From Chitinophagaceae bacterium (GTDB lineage Bacteria; Bacteroidota; Bacteroidia; Chitinophagales; Chitinophagaceae), in the NCBI GenBank assembly GCA_044227095.1, contig JBGAFV010000001.1, forward strand, positions 1,625,127 through 1,689,126: 64,000 nt of DNA. The letters are read 5' to 3'. This document shows, piece by piece, positions 29,822 to 37,230 of the stretch (positions are counted from its first letter, which is position 1; every line of letters begins with the position of its first letter). The position numbers were made by a program, and so were the translations under genes. A model generated the notes under the pieces. That model was not told the DNA's origin. It made no database searches and worked only from the letters and a program-made list of their open reading frames with translations.

Positions 29822-31267
29822 TTATTCACCTTCCACTGCATTTTTTTCTTTCTTCCATGATCTGTGTTTGGCGCCATCCATCTTTACAATTTTTGGCGTA
29901 AACCTTCCTACAATGTCTACCAAGGATTTCTGAGATTGCATTACTACTTCAATATCCTTGTACGCAAAAGGCGATTCGTCTAATCCGCCACCAAGCAGTT
30001 TTACACCAAACTTTTTCAGTTCGTCTTTAAACTGTTTATCTGTTACAGATGCAATGGCACGTGTACGGCTCATTTTTCTTCCTGCACCATGCGATGCAGA
30101 ATTTACAGATGCAGCCTCTCCTTTACCTTTTACAATAAAACCATCTGCCGTCATAGAACCAGGTATAATACCTAATACATCTTTGCCTGCAGGTGTAGCA
30201 CCTTTACGATGAACAATCACATCACGCCCTTCCCATTTTTCTTTCCACGCAAAGTTGTGGTGGTTTTCTACCATCTTCATTGCTTTACGCCCTAATTGTT
30301 TGGCTATCTTGGCATGTATTACATGATGACATGCAGAAGCGTAATCACCCGCAAGGTTCATCGCATTCCAGTATTCTATACCTTCTTCTTCATCTAAACT
30401 TAACCATGCAAGGTTTTTTGCTTCTTGTGGTAAACGTCTTTTGCTAATAGCCAACTTTGTATAGTGGTTAGCAATGTTTGCACCCAATGCCCTGGAACCA
30501 GAATGCGTTAGAAAACCAACATACTTTCCTGCACTAATACCAAGCATTGCATCTTTTTCTGCCACTTCAATAATACCAAACTCAGCAAAGTGGTTACCAG
30601 AACCAGAAGAACCCAATTGTTTCCATACACGGCCATGCATTTTCTTAAGCAATGGCAATTGGTAAAACAGTTCATTGTCCATCACTTCATGATCAGCTGC
30701 TCTATCAAACTGCGCACCGCTTCCAAATAATGTGGCTTCACTTAATTCTCTCGCAAAAAATGCTTCCTTGTCTGTAAGATCTTTTGGGTTGATATCAAAA
30801 ATACTTAAACACATTCTGCAACCAATATCCACGCCTACTCCATAAGGAATAACCGAGTTCTCTGTCGCCAGCACTCCACCTATCGGTAATCCATAGCCGC
30901 TGTGGGCGTCTGGCATTAATGCACCGGCTATACTCACGGGAAGTTTTGCTGCCTGGTACATCTGGTGCATAGCGCCTTCTTCAATATGTTCCTGCCCAAA
31001 TACATTAAACTGTATACCGTTTTGGTTCAGCGATATTTCTGCACCCTCTGTTGCAGCCTTAGGTATTAATTGCTGCGCAATCAAACCCAGCACAGCATCA
31101 TTTTCATATTCTACCGGCGCAGCCAGTATTTTTTTTAATAGTTCCATCACTTCTTCTTTTCCACTGTGTTTATAATTCTTTTCCATCACATTCATAGCAA
31201 TGCTTACTACCGGTCCTTCCGGGAAGCCAATTGCCCTGATTTCTTTTCCTGATATTTTTAGTTTCAT
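29822..31267 (-). CDS. rtcB: RNA-splicing ligase RtcB (3'-phosphate/5'-OH RNA ligase)
   Basis: Full-length 481 aa. Metal and GTP-binding motifs PDAHSGYG, GSGNHF, NHHNFAW, SHGAGR and the catalytic His region are present. Confidence 0.9.
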   Translation of the reverse strand: MKLKISGKEIRAIGFPEGPVVSIAMNVMEKNYKHSGKEEVMELLKKILAAPVEYENDAVLGLIAQQLIPKAATEGAEISLNQNGIQFNVFGQEHIEEGAMHQMYQAAKLPVSIAGALMPDAHSGYGLPIGGVLATENSVIPYGVGVDIGCRMCLSIFDINPKDLTDKEAFFARELSEATLFGSGAQFDRAADHEVMDNELFYQLPLLKKMHGRVWKQLGSSGSGNHFAEFGIIEVAEKDAMLGISAGKYVGFLTHSGSRALGANIANHYTKLAISKRRLPQEAKNLAWLSLDEEEGIEYWNAMNLAGDYASACHHVIHAKIAKQLGRKAMKMVENHHNFAWKEKWEGRDVIVHRKGATPAGKDVLGIIPGSMTADGFIVKGKGEAASVNSASHGAGRKMSRTRAIASVTDKQFKDELKKFGVKLLGGGLDESPFAYKDIEVVMQSQKSLVDIVGRFTPKIVKMDGAKHRSWKKEKNAVEGE

Positions 31268-31410
31268 ACCCCAACCCCTAAAGGGGCTATTTAAGTTTTA
31301 ATAATATTTTTTTTGATACCAGCATTTGTTTTCATGGCGGCATCGTTGTGTCACTCACTTGTATAGTAAATCAATTATCAACGCAGACACTTAAATTAAT
31401 AATCATTTTT

Positions 31411-31447
31411 ATTAACATCCGGCATCCTGTTAATGCCGGATGTTAAT
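31411..31447 (-). promoter_or_regulatory. 14-bp perfect inverted repeat immediately after the SPFH stop codon, upstream of rtcB
   Basis: ATTAACATCCGGCAT-cctgtta-ATGCCGGATGTTAAT. It is not followed by a clean U-tract, so it may be an attenuator or processing/regulatory hairpin between the SPFH gene and rtcB. Confidence 0.4.
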
Positions 31448-32554
31448 TTAACCATTCTTATTTGCCGGTACAAAGATCTGCTTCAACTGTTCTACCAAAG
31501 CACCGTTGCCACTTACACTGATATTACTGATTTTATCTGCAATCTTCTCTACGTATTCCATCTCTTTCAATTTCCACAACATCGCATTTTCTTCCATCAA
31601 TTTAGCAGTGTTTAGCAAACTACGGGTGCTGGCTGTTTCTTCACGGCGCATGATTGTATTTGCCTGCGCTTTCTTTTCTGCAATCAATACCTGGTTCATA
31701 ATCTCTTTCACATCGCCCGGCAAAATAATATCGCGTATACCAAAGCCGGTTACTTCCACACCCAATGCTGCAGCTTCGGCTTTTGCCCGCTGCAATATAT
31801 AAGGTGCGATGGTTTCTTTTTTTTCCAGCAATTCATCAAAGCTGAAACCGGCAATGTATTCACGCAAAGCCAATTGAAAGGCTACATACAATTGCTTGTC
31901 ATAGTCTTTGTTTTGCAACAAAGCTTTTTCAATGTCAGCCACTTTGTATTGCGCCCATGCATTAATACGCAAAGCCGCTTTGTCTTTGGTCAGGATTTCC
32001 TGGCCGTTTACTTCCAGTTGCTGCTGACGGATATCAACTTTGCCTACATGAATAGCGATGCTGTTCTTCCACCATGTATAAATGCCACTTTGCAAGGTTT
32101 GCACATACTTACCGTCTACAAACAATAGTGCTTTTTCATAACTCTCTACACTATAAGTACGCACATAGCCAATTACAGGCCGGCTCAACAAAACAGTGCG
32201 ATCAATGTTTTCAGTGATCTCAATCTTACTGATGTCTGCATGTACAAATTGGTAGTCAATCATTCCCTTCCAATATGTATAACGGCCGGCATTCAATACT
32301 AGCTTCAGCAAACCATTTTCGTATTGCAAAACAATTTCATTGTCTTTTACATCCACTACATGCAATGCATCAGCCAGCATAGTATCTTGCAAAAGAATAT
32401 TCAGTTCTATAGGAGCAACAAATGGTTTATTCAAGTCATAAACGATGGCTGTTTCATTCCACAACCAGTATTTACCTTCTTTCAGCATTCGCTGATAAGT
32501 TCCATTCTTAAACACCAAACCAACCTGGTAGGCATTTACTTTTACCTGTTTCAT
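31448..32554 (-). CDS. SPFH/band-7 (slipin/prohibitin-like) domain protein
   Basis: Band-7 core ...GFGIRDIILPGDVKEIMNQVLIAEKKAQANTIMRREE... plus an N-terminal extension. The start is at MKQVKV. Confidence 0.7.
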   Translation of the reverse strand: MKQVKVNAYQVGLVFKNGTYQRMLKEGKYWLWNETAIVYDLNKPFVAPIELNILLQDTMLADALHVVDVKDNEIVLQYENGLLKLVLNAGRYTYWKGMIDYQFVHADISKIEITENIDRTVLLSRPVIGYVRTYSVESYEKALLFVDGKYVQTLQSGIYTWWKNSIAIHVGKVDIRQQQLEVNGQEILTKDKAALRINAWAQYKVADIEKALLQNKDYDKQLYVAFQLALREYIAGFSFDELLEKKETIAPYILQRAKAEAAALGVEVTGFGIRDIILPGDVKEIMNQVLIAEKKAQANTIMRREETASTRSLLNTAKLMEENAMLWKLKEMEYVEKIADKISNISVSGNGALVEQLKQIFVPANKNG

Positions 32555-32937
32555 TTTCTTATATTTAAAGTTTTCAATTATTTGTAAAAAAGTCAGCACT
32601 GCCTGCACTCCGTAATCACGGAAGCGGGTTTTAGAAAATGTTTTTTGTAACAGTTTACCAGGGAGTGTTCGCCTGATAAAGTGAAACGAGCTGCATTCCT
32701 GCTGCCAGCCTGCAGATGCTTACTGAGTTGCACACTTCCAAAACTTTCCCTGTCAAAAAAGGTACTCGTTCTTTCAAGTCTTTCTTGCTGCATTGATGCA
32801 GCAAAAAAGAGTCATAGGCCGTGTGCCCGCAGGCAGCACCAACTTTTTTTATCTGGTCACCTTTTTTAAGAAGCGGTGGACTTCTCCTTTTGAAGCATTA
32901 TCAGTGCTTTGCTAGACCATTTAGCTTCACCGCCAAA

Positions 32938-33052
32938 GGCGATGACAGGATTCGAACCTGCATATTTCTGTTGCTCTACCACTGAGCTATTCCGTTTGCA
33001 ACGGAAAGAGGAATTGAACCCCTGACCCACAGGTTATGGAGGGCATTGCACC
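32938..33052 (-). ncRNA. candidate tRNA-mimic ncRNA (YrlA/Y-RNA-like tRNA-like module) upstream of the SPFH-rtcB genes
   Basis: The minus strand reads ...AGGGG-TTCAATT-CCTCT (T-arm) TTCCGTT-GCA-AACGGAA (acceptor-like 7-bp stem closed by a 3-nt loop) TA-GCTC-AGTGGTAGA-GAGC (D-arm with G18G19)... The ends GGTGCAATG / CATCGCC can pair. There is no anticodon arm. A second T-arm-like hairpin CAGG-TTCGAAT-CCTG lies near the 3' end. Confidence 0.45.
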
Positions 33053-33230
33053 ATTGAAATAACAGCATACAGAAAGTTTACTAACTCTGCACTATGGTGT
33101 TTTTGAAACACACATCCGGTTTACTGTCAACAGGCAGTTGCCCTTCTTGCCGTTAAGCAAGCTTTTGTGTTGAACTAGTCAACAATTTATTTATCTAAAG
33201 AATTTTCGGAGCATTGTATTATGGAAGAAG

Positions 33231-33962
33231 TTAATCATCCAGCCTATCCAAAATCTGCGGTAGCGGAATATTGTACAATGGATTTCTTTCCCTGTCTCTT
33301 TGTTCCCTGTAGCGCCATTTGTAACTATCACCTAAAATTTTAGCCTGACGTGCGTCATACTTATTCCATTCAAGGTAATTGCTAATTTCTTCGAGGCGTT
33401 TTTCAATGTCCACATCTTTTATCTTGATTTTATCAATTATGTTTGGACTTACACGCAATACAAAACGCCAGGGCTCATTAAAGACATATCTTTTAACCGG
33501 TTGCTTTTTCCAGTCATGCTCCCAAACCTCATGAAAACATTGCATTTCGCTATCAGAAAAGGCAAACCTTTTAAGCTCATATGAATATGGCTTTAGCAAC
33601 TGCTGCCCTTTAATAACATAGATCTTCCTTCCATACTTTCTTTTCCTGATGCGGAAGTCTTTTCTGTAACTCCAGGCGCTGGTATTTATTTTTTTCAAAA
33701 TAGCCTCAAAGAACTCTGCCTGTTTGCTTCTTGCTACGTCATCACGTAAAACAAAACAACGTTTCCATCCTTTTTGTACAGGTGGCAATAAGGGTTCCCA
33801 ACCTAAATTATTTTTTCTTGCCCACAACCCACGTTGTTCTTTCCATAATTGAATCAACTGTTTATCAAAATCTTTATACTGCATTCTTTTTTTCTGCCTG
33901 GCAGTACGCAGGCGGTAGCAGAGAATATCTTCTCCGTGCTGTTGAATAAGTTTTGTGTCCAT
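33231..33962 (-). CDS. hypothetical basic protein (243 aa, R/K-rich), no recognisable domain
   Basis: Clean ORF and ATG start. Its 5' UTR contains a D-arm-like hairpin GGTGCAATGGCACC (33990-34010). Confidence 0.5.
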   Translation of the reverse strand: MDTKLIQQHGEDILCYRLRTARQKKRMQYKDFDKQLIQLWKEQRGLWARKNNLGWEPLLPPVQKGWKRCFVLRDDVARSKQAEFFEAILKKINTSAWSYRKDFRIRKRKYGRKIYVIKGQQLLKPYSYELKRFAFSDSEMQCFHEVWEHDWKKQPVKRYVFNEPWRFVLRVSPNIIDKIKIKDVDIEKRLEEISNYLEWNKYDARQAKILGDSYKWRYREQRDRERNPLYNIPLPQILDRLDD

Positions 33963-34102
33963 AATGATTTATTTGGTTTCGATCGGTAACTCCGGTGCCA
34001 TTGCACCATTCCTTTCCGTATTGTCATTATGAACCCTGAAGTTTTTTTCATTTCGCTAAGGTTATTTTAATAAATTATTTTTAATCTTTCAGAAAGCTCG
34101 TT

Positions 34103-34588
34103 TCACTGCACCACTTTATTAGCACAGCTAGAACTTGCAAATGCTTCTGGCTTGGCTTTAAAAGCAAAACCCATCCCCATTATATAACCCATCGCTTCTT
34201 TCAAAGCATCATTGCTTTTAAAATTTGGATTGGTGTTGATATCGGCATGTACTTCCATTTCTACATCATATAAAGTGAATAGCCTGCACAATTCATAGGC
34301 AATGTCAATACTCTTCGATACTTCCAGCAACATCCTTTGCTTTATGCTCATCTTCTGTTGCGTAACTTCATTGCTGATATACATGAAACCACCTTTTCCT
34401 TTTCTTATAAAAACAATTACGGTTGCAAATTCTGTTTCCCGCCCTTTAACCTGGCTATCGGTACCAATACATACTTTCAAATCATTGCCCAATTGTTTTT
34501 CACGAACAATAGCCGAACGCACTTCATCAACAATAGATTGCTGCAACCTTTGTCCGTTCAGTTTTCTCCATTTTTGTTGCTGTTCCAT
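34103..34588 (-). CDS. YkuK/DUF458-family RNase H-like protein
   Basis: IGTDSQVKGRETEFATVIVF...NTNPNFKSNDAL resembles the DUF458 predicted RNase-H-fold nuclease. The start is at MEQQQKW, and the longer upstream extension overlaps tRNA-Phe. Confidence 0.5.
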   Translation of the reverse strand: MEQQQKWRKLNGQRLQQSIVDEVRSAIVREKQLGNDLKVCIGTDSQVKGRETEFATVIVFIRKGKGGFMYISNEVTQQKMSIKQRMLLEVSKSIDIAYELCRLFTLYDVEMEVHADINTNPNFKSNDALKEAMGYIMGMGFAFKAKPEAFASSSCANKVVQ

Positions 34589-34604
34589 TGTTTTGTTTTT
34601 AATG

Positions 34605-34679
34605 TGGTGCCTTAAGGAATCGAACCTTAATTGCTGGTTCTTCAAACCAGTGCAATAGAACCATCTCTGCCAAAGCACC
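34605..34679 (-). tRNA. tRNA-Phe (GAA)
   Basis: Manual fold: acceptor GGTGCTT/AGGCACC, D-arm GCAG...TTGC, anticodon stem CTGGT/ACCAG with loop TTGAAGA, T-arm TAAGG-TTCGATT-CCTTA, discriminator A. Confidence 0.7.
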
Positions 34680-34684
34680 ATTTT

Positions 34685-34776
34685 GTCTGAACCAGGATTT
34701 TGAAGGATTTTTTGGATTAATAGGATGTACACTTCTCTGCTAAATCTTTTAAATCATTTTAAATCCTGGTTTAGAT
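34685..34776. repeat. ~95-bp palindromic unit immediately 5' of tRNA-Phe (family also at 35110-35204, 35465-35637, 13040-13080)
   Basis: Terminal inverted repeats GTCTGAACCAGGATTTTGAAGGATTT ... AAATCCTGGTTTAGAT. Confidence 0.6.
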
Positions 34777-34876
34777 TTTTTTTGTTATTAACTGTAGTAA
34801 CACTATTAAGCATCGTTGCGTCGCACACTTCAGCTTTTTGTTATTTATTCATCATATCTCCCAATATAGTCTTCTT

Positions 34877-34948
34877 GCGGATGAAGAAAGGTTCGAACTT
34901 TCAACCTGGGGCTTAACAAGCCACTGCTCTGCCATTGAGCTATTCATC
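34877..34948 (-). tRNA. tRNA-Asn (GTT)
   Basis: Manual fold: acceptor GGATGAA/TTCATCC, D-arm GCTC-AATGGCA-GAGC, anticodon loop TTGTTAA (one mismatch in the anticodon stem), T-arm GAAAG-TTCGAAC-CTTTC, discriminator G. Confidence 0.6.
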
Positions 34949-34951
34949 CAT

Positions 34952-35025
34952 GAGTCGCGCAGAAGATTCGAACTTCTTTATTCCGGTTTGCAGCCGGATG
35001 CATACAGCCATGTCTGCCAGCGCGA
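34952..35025 (-). tRNA. tRNA-Cys (GCA), unusual D-arm
   Basis: Acceptor GTCGCGC/GCGCGAC, anticodon stem TCCGG/CCGGA with loop CTGCAAA, T-arm AGAAG-TTCGAAT-CTTCT, discriminator T. The D-region is 21 nt with a non-canonical stem. Confidence 0.55.
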
Positions 35026-35033
35026 CTTTTATT

Positions 35034-35109
35034 GTTGGCCCGGTGAGACTCGAACTCACAACTCCCGGTGTAAAAGACCGGTACTCTGCATCCAATTGAG
35101 TTACGAACC
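35034..35109 (-). tRNA. tRNA-Lys (TTT)
   Basis: Acceptor TGGTTCG/CGGGCCA (two G-U pairs), D-arm ACTC...GAGT, anticodon stem CCGGT/ACCGG with loop CTTTTAC, T-arm GTGAG-TTCGAGT-CTCAC, discriminator A. Confidence 0.65.
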
Positions 35110-35204
35110 AGTGTCTGAACCAGGATTTTGAAGGATTTTTCAGATTAATAAGATGTAAATTTTTCTGACGAATCTTTTTAATCCTTTTAAATCCTGGTTC
35201 AGAT
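35110..35204. repeat. ~95-bp palindromic unit immediately 5' of tRNA-Lys
   Basis: GTGTCTGAACCAGGATTTTGAAGGATTT ... AAATCCTGGTTCAGAT. It is ~85% identical to the 34685-34776 unit. Confidence 0.6.
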
Positions 35205-35211
35205 ATTTTTT

Positions 35212-35306
35212 GTACGACTTTCAGAATCGAACTGAATACGCCAAACTTATGTTTACCTCTCAGAAAGAGCAGGAAGCTTAGCATGTTGCCATTACACCCA
35301 GCCGTA
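35212..35306 (-). ncRNA. 95-nt tRNA-like element with canonical acceptor, D-arm and T-arm but no anticodon stem-loop (tRNA pseudogene or tRNA-mimic RNA)
   Basis: Acceptor TACGGCT/AGTCGTA, D-arm GTGT-AATGGCA-ACAT, T-arm TTCAG-TTCGATT-CTGAA. The 46-nt internal segment contains no 5-bp/7-nt-loop anticodon arm in any register (checked manually). Confidence 0.4.
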
Positions 35307-35309
35307 TTG

Positions 35310-35381
35310 GTTGACTTCGGGACTTGAACCCTGTTCTTCACATTCACAGTGTGACACTTTACCAGTTAAGCTAAAGCCAAC
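35310..35381 (-). tRNA. tRNA-His (GTG)-like, with G-1:C73 and irregular T-arm
   Basis: G-1 + TTGGCTT / AAGTCAA + C73 gives the 8-bp His-type acceptor. D-arm GCTT-AACTGGTA-AAGT, anticodon stem TCACA/TGTGA with loop CTGTGAA. The T-stem has only 3-4 bp (GGG-TTCAAGT-CCC). Confidence 0.5.
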
Positions 35382-35386
35382 GTTTG

Positions 35387-35459
35387 TTGTTAAGGATAGA
35401 TTCGAACTATCATCATCAGTGTCAAAGACTGATATGCTGAGCCATTGCACCACTTAACA
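35387..35459 (-). tRNA. tRNA-Gln (TTG)
   Basis: U1-A72 acceptor TGTTAAG/CTTAACA, D-arm GTGC-AATGGCTCA-GCAT, anticodon stem TCAGT/ACTGA with loop CTTTGAC, T-arm GATAG-TTCGAAT-CTATC. Confidence 0.7.
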
Positions 35460-35464
35460 ATTTG

Positions 35465-35637
35465 TCTTAACCACGATTCATAAGATTTATGGGATTGATA
35501 CGATATGTCTAACTAATCTTTTCAATCATTTTTAATCCCAGTTCAGACATTTTTCATATTTGGTTTAATGGTTCTGCACTCAATTTTTTTATTTAATCCT
35601 GACAATCCGTTTAATCTTACAAATCATGGTTCAGACA
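35465..35637. repeat. two degenerate copies of the tRNA-upstream palindromic unit, 5' of tRNA-Gln
   Basis: ...AATCTTTTCAATCATTTTTAATCCCAGTTCAGACATTTTT... and ...AATCCTGACAATCCGTTTAATCTTACAAATCATGGTTCAGACAATTTT. Confidence 0.45.
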
Positions 35638-35892
35638 ATTTTGGAAAAGCATCCCCGCTGCATCTCGCGGGGAGTGCTTATGTTCCTCCTTTCTGCAACT
35701 AATGATTTAGCCTCCTCCCGACCTCCTCCAATAGAGGAGGCCATCAACGCACAAGGCCAGCTTTTCACAAAGCCATAATTATTTTATTCTTTTTTTATCA
35801 ATTTACTGATCAGTTGAAGGGCAAACCGCATCATAAATACCATCACTATAAATTTCATTATGCCTGTTTTATATTTTTATAAAAGCGGGCAT

Positions 35893-35927
35893 AAAAAAAC
35901 CCGGTCGTTTTTTGCGACCGGGTTTTT
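35893..35927. terminator. bidirectional intrinsic terminator-like hairpin in the 1-kb non-coding region
   Basis: AAAAAAACCCGGTCG-ttttttg-CGACCGGGTTTTT. Confidence 0.5.
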
Positions 35928-36206
35928 ACGTTCAGCTGTGTAACACAGCTAATCATTACAATACCACGGTCGTATATTTTTATTATTTCTTTGCTCACCT
36001 ATGAGCATAAAACTCCTGCCTGTTTGCGCATACCAATAACATCCTGCTAATGTCAGCAGATTGTTGCTTGTCAGAATTATAAATCGTTTATGTTGTTTAT
36101 TTTTCGACATTTATATTTTTAAGTTTATAATTTTTTTATCACAGACCACTAAAAATCCTATCCTTCCAGGATATTTTTTCTCCCTTTCAGGGGTTGGGGT
36201 AACAAA

Positions 36207-36243
36207 TAAAAAACCCCGCAATCTCTTGCGGGGCTTATATTTC
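36207..36243 (-). terminator. intrinsic terminator-like hairpin (stronger on minus strand)
   Basis: CCCCGCAAtctcTTGCGGGG with a T-run on the minus strand. Confidence 0.45.
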
Positions 36244-36499
36244 AGCGATTTTGTTTTTCAACTAATCTGCAGCACTACATGCCCCGCGAACGCTATAGTC
36301 TCCTTTGGGACTAAAGCCATTCAGTGATTCAATATGTATCATTGCGGTGCGCTGCATAAATTTATTTTACATCGCAAAGATGCAATTATTTTTTTGATAC
36401 TGCCAAATGTTTTTATAAAAATTTTTAAAATAAATTTTTTATATGCGTGCAGTAGTATAAAATGAAAGTAGAATTATAAGGAGCGTAAAGAAAAGTTGT

Positions 36500-37216
36500 T
36501 TATGGAAACATAGCTTCTGCTATTGCAACGGATTCTGGTTTTCCTACATCAGAAAATTTATCACCGGTATGATCGTAGCCAAGTATAAGATGATCTTTTG
36601 CAAGGGAAAGATAAGTTTCTACAAGTGAGAACTTTCCGCGTTGTGGGATGAGCGAAAAAATTTTTGGTTCAAAAACAACAACACAGCTGTAAGCTCTTTC
36701 TACCAATTTCTTTTTTGGAATAGCAATAATTTCATCTTCCGTTTTTTTATTGCGCCAGCCACAAAGCCGATCGTATTCATCAAATAAAAAATAACGAGAT
36801 GTTTTTCTGTTGGTTACTGCAAATGAAATAAGTGGTTTGTAATCTTTATGATAGTCTATTAATCTTTTAAGACTAAGATCGGTAAGTATATCTGCATTGA
36901 TGGTTACAAAAGGTTCGTCTCCTTCCAACAAAGGCCTTGCTTTTAATAAGCCGCCACCGGTTTCCAATACTTCATTGGTTTCATCGCTGATTATAATTTT
37001 ACTTCCCCAACCATCATTTTGTTTTACTGCGTCTATAATTTGATCTGCAAAATGATGCACGTTTACTACTACTTCAGTAATTCCATATTTCTGAAGGTAT
37101 TCAATGTTTCTTTGTAATAAGCTTTTTCCGTTTACTAGTGCAAGCGCTTTTGGATGTGTATCTGTCCAGGGTTTAAAACGTGTACCCAGGCCCGCCGCGA
37201 AAATCATTCCTTTCAT
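36500..37216 (-). CDS. sugar-1-phosphate nucleotidyltransferase (MurU-like MurNAc-alpha-1-P uridylyltransferase)
   Basis: MKGMIFAAGLGTRFKPWTDTHPKALALVNGKSLL is the NTP-transferase G-loop. It is adjacent to an anomeric sugar kinase-like gene, as in the amgK-murU recycling pair. Confidence 0.7.
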   Translation of the reverse strand: MKGMIFAAGLGTRFKPWTDTHPKALALVNGKSLLQRNIEYLQKYGITEVVVNVHHFADQIIDAVKQNDGWGSKIIISDETNEVLETGGGLLKARPLLEGDEPFVTINADILTDLSLKRLIDYHKDYKPLISFAVTNRKTSRYFLFDEYDRLCGWRNKKTEDEIIAIPKKKLVERAYSCVVVFEPKIFSLIPQRGKFSLVETYLSLAKDHLILGYDHTGDKFSDVGKPESVAIAEAMFP

Positions 37217-37230
37217 ATTGTTTTATTTAT

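Noticed and set aside
32593-32869. Small ORFs 32593..32793 (-) and 32681..32869 (+) between the SPFH gene and the tRNA-like RNA
   Set aside because: They overlap each other on opposite strands in a promoter/leader region, with no motifs. The region more plausibly holds the SPFH promoter and the 3' flank of the ncRNA.
32938-33004. A complete tRNA-Cys(GCA), suggested by the hairpin TTCCG-TTGCAAA-CGGAA which looks like an anticodon arm with GCA
   Set aside because: The neighbouring D-arm places AACGGAA as the 5' acceptor strand and the upstream T-arm places TTCCGTT as the 3' acceptor strand. The 'anticodon' hairpin is therefore the acceptor stem closed by a loop, and no anticodon arm, variable loop or ordered 5'-to-3' tRNA exists.
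32920-33060. attL/attR tRNA-fragment remnants of an integrated element
   Set aside because: No integrase or recombinase gene is present within 10 kb, and the fragments are ordered 3'-half then 5'-half of the same acceptor pairing, which fits a permuted tRNA-like module better than a duplicated 3' end.
34589-34732. N-terminal 48-aa extension of the DUF458/YkuK ORF (ORF track 34103..34732)
   Set aside because: It overlaps tRNA-Phe (34605-34679) on the same strand. The internal ATG at 34588 gives a product of family-typical length.
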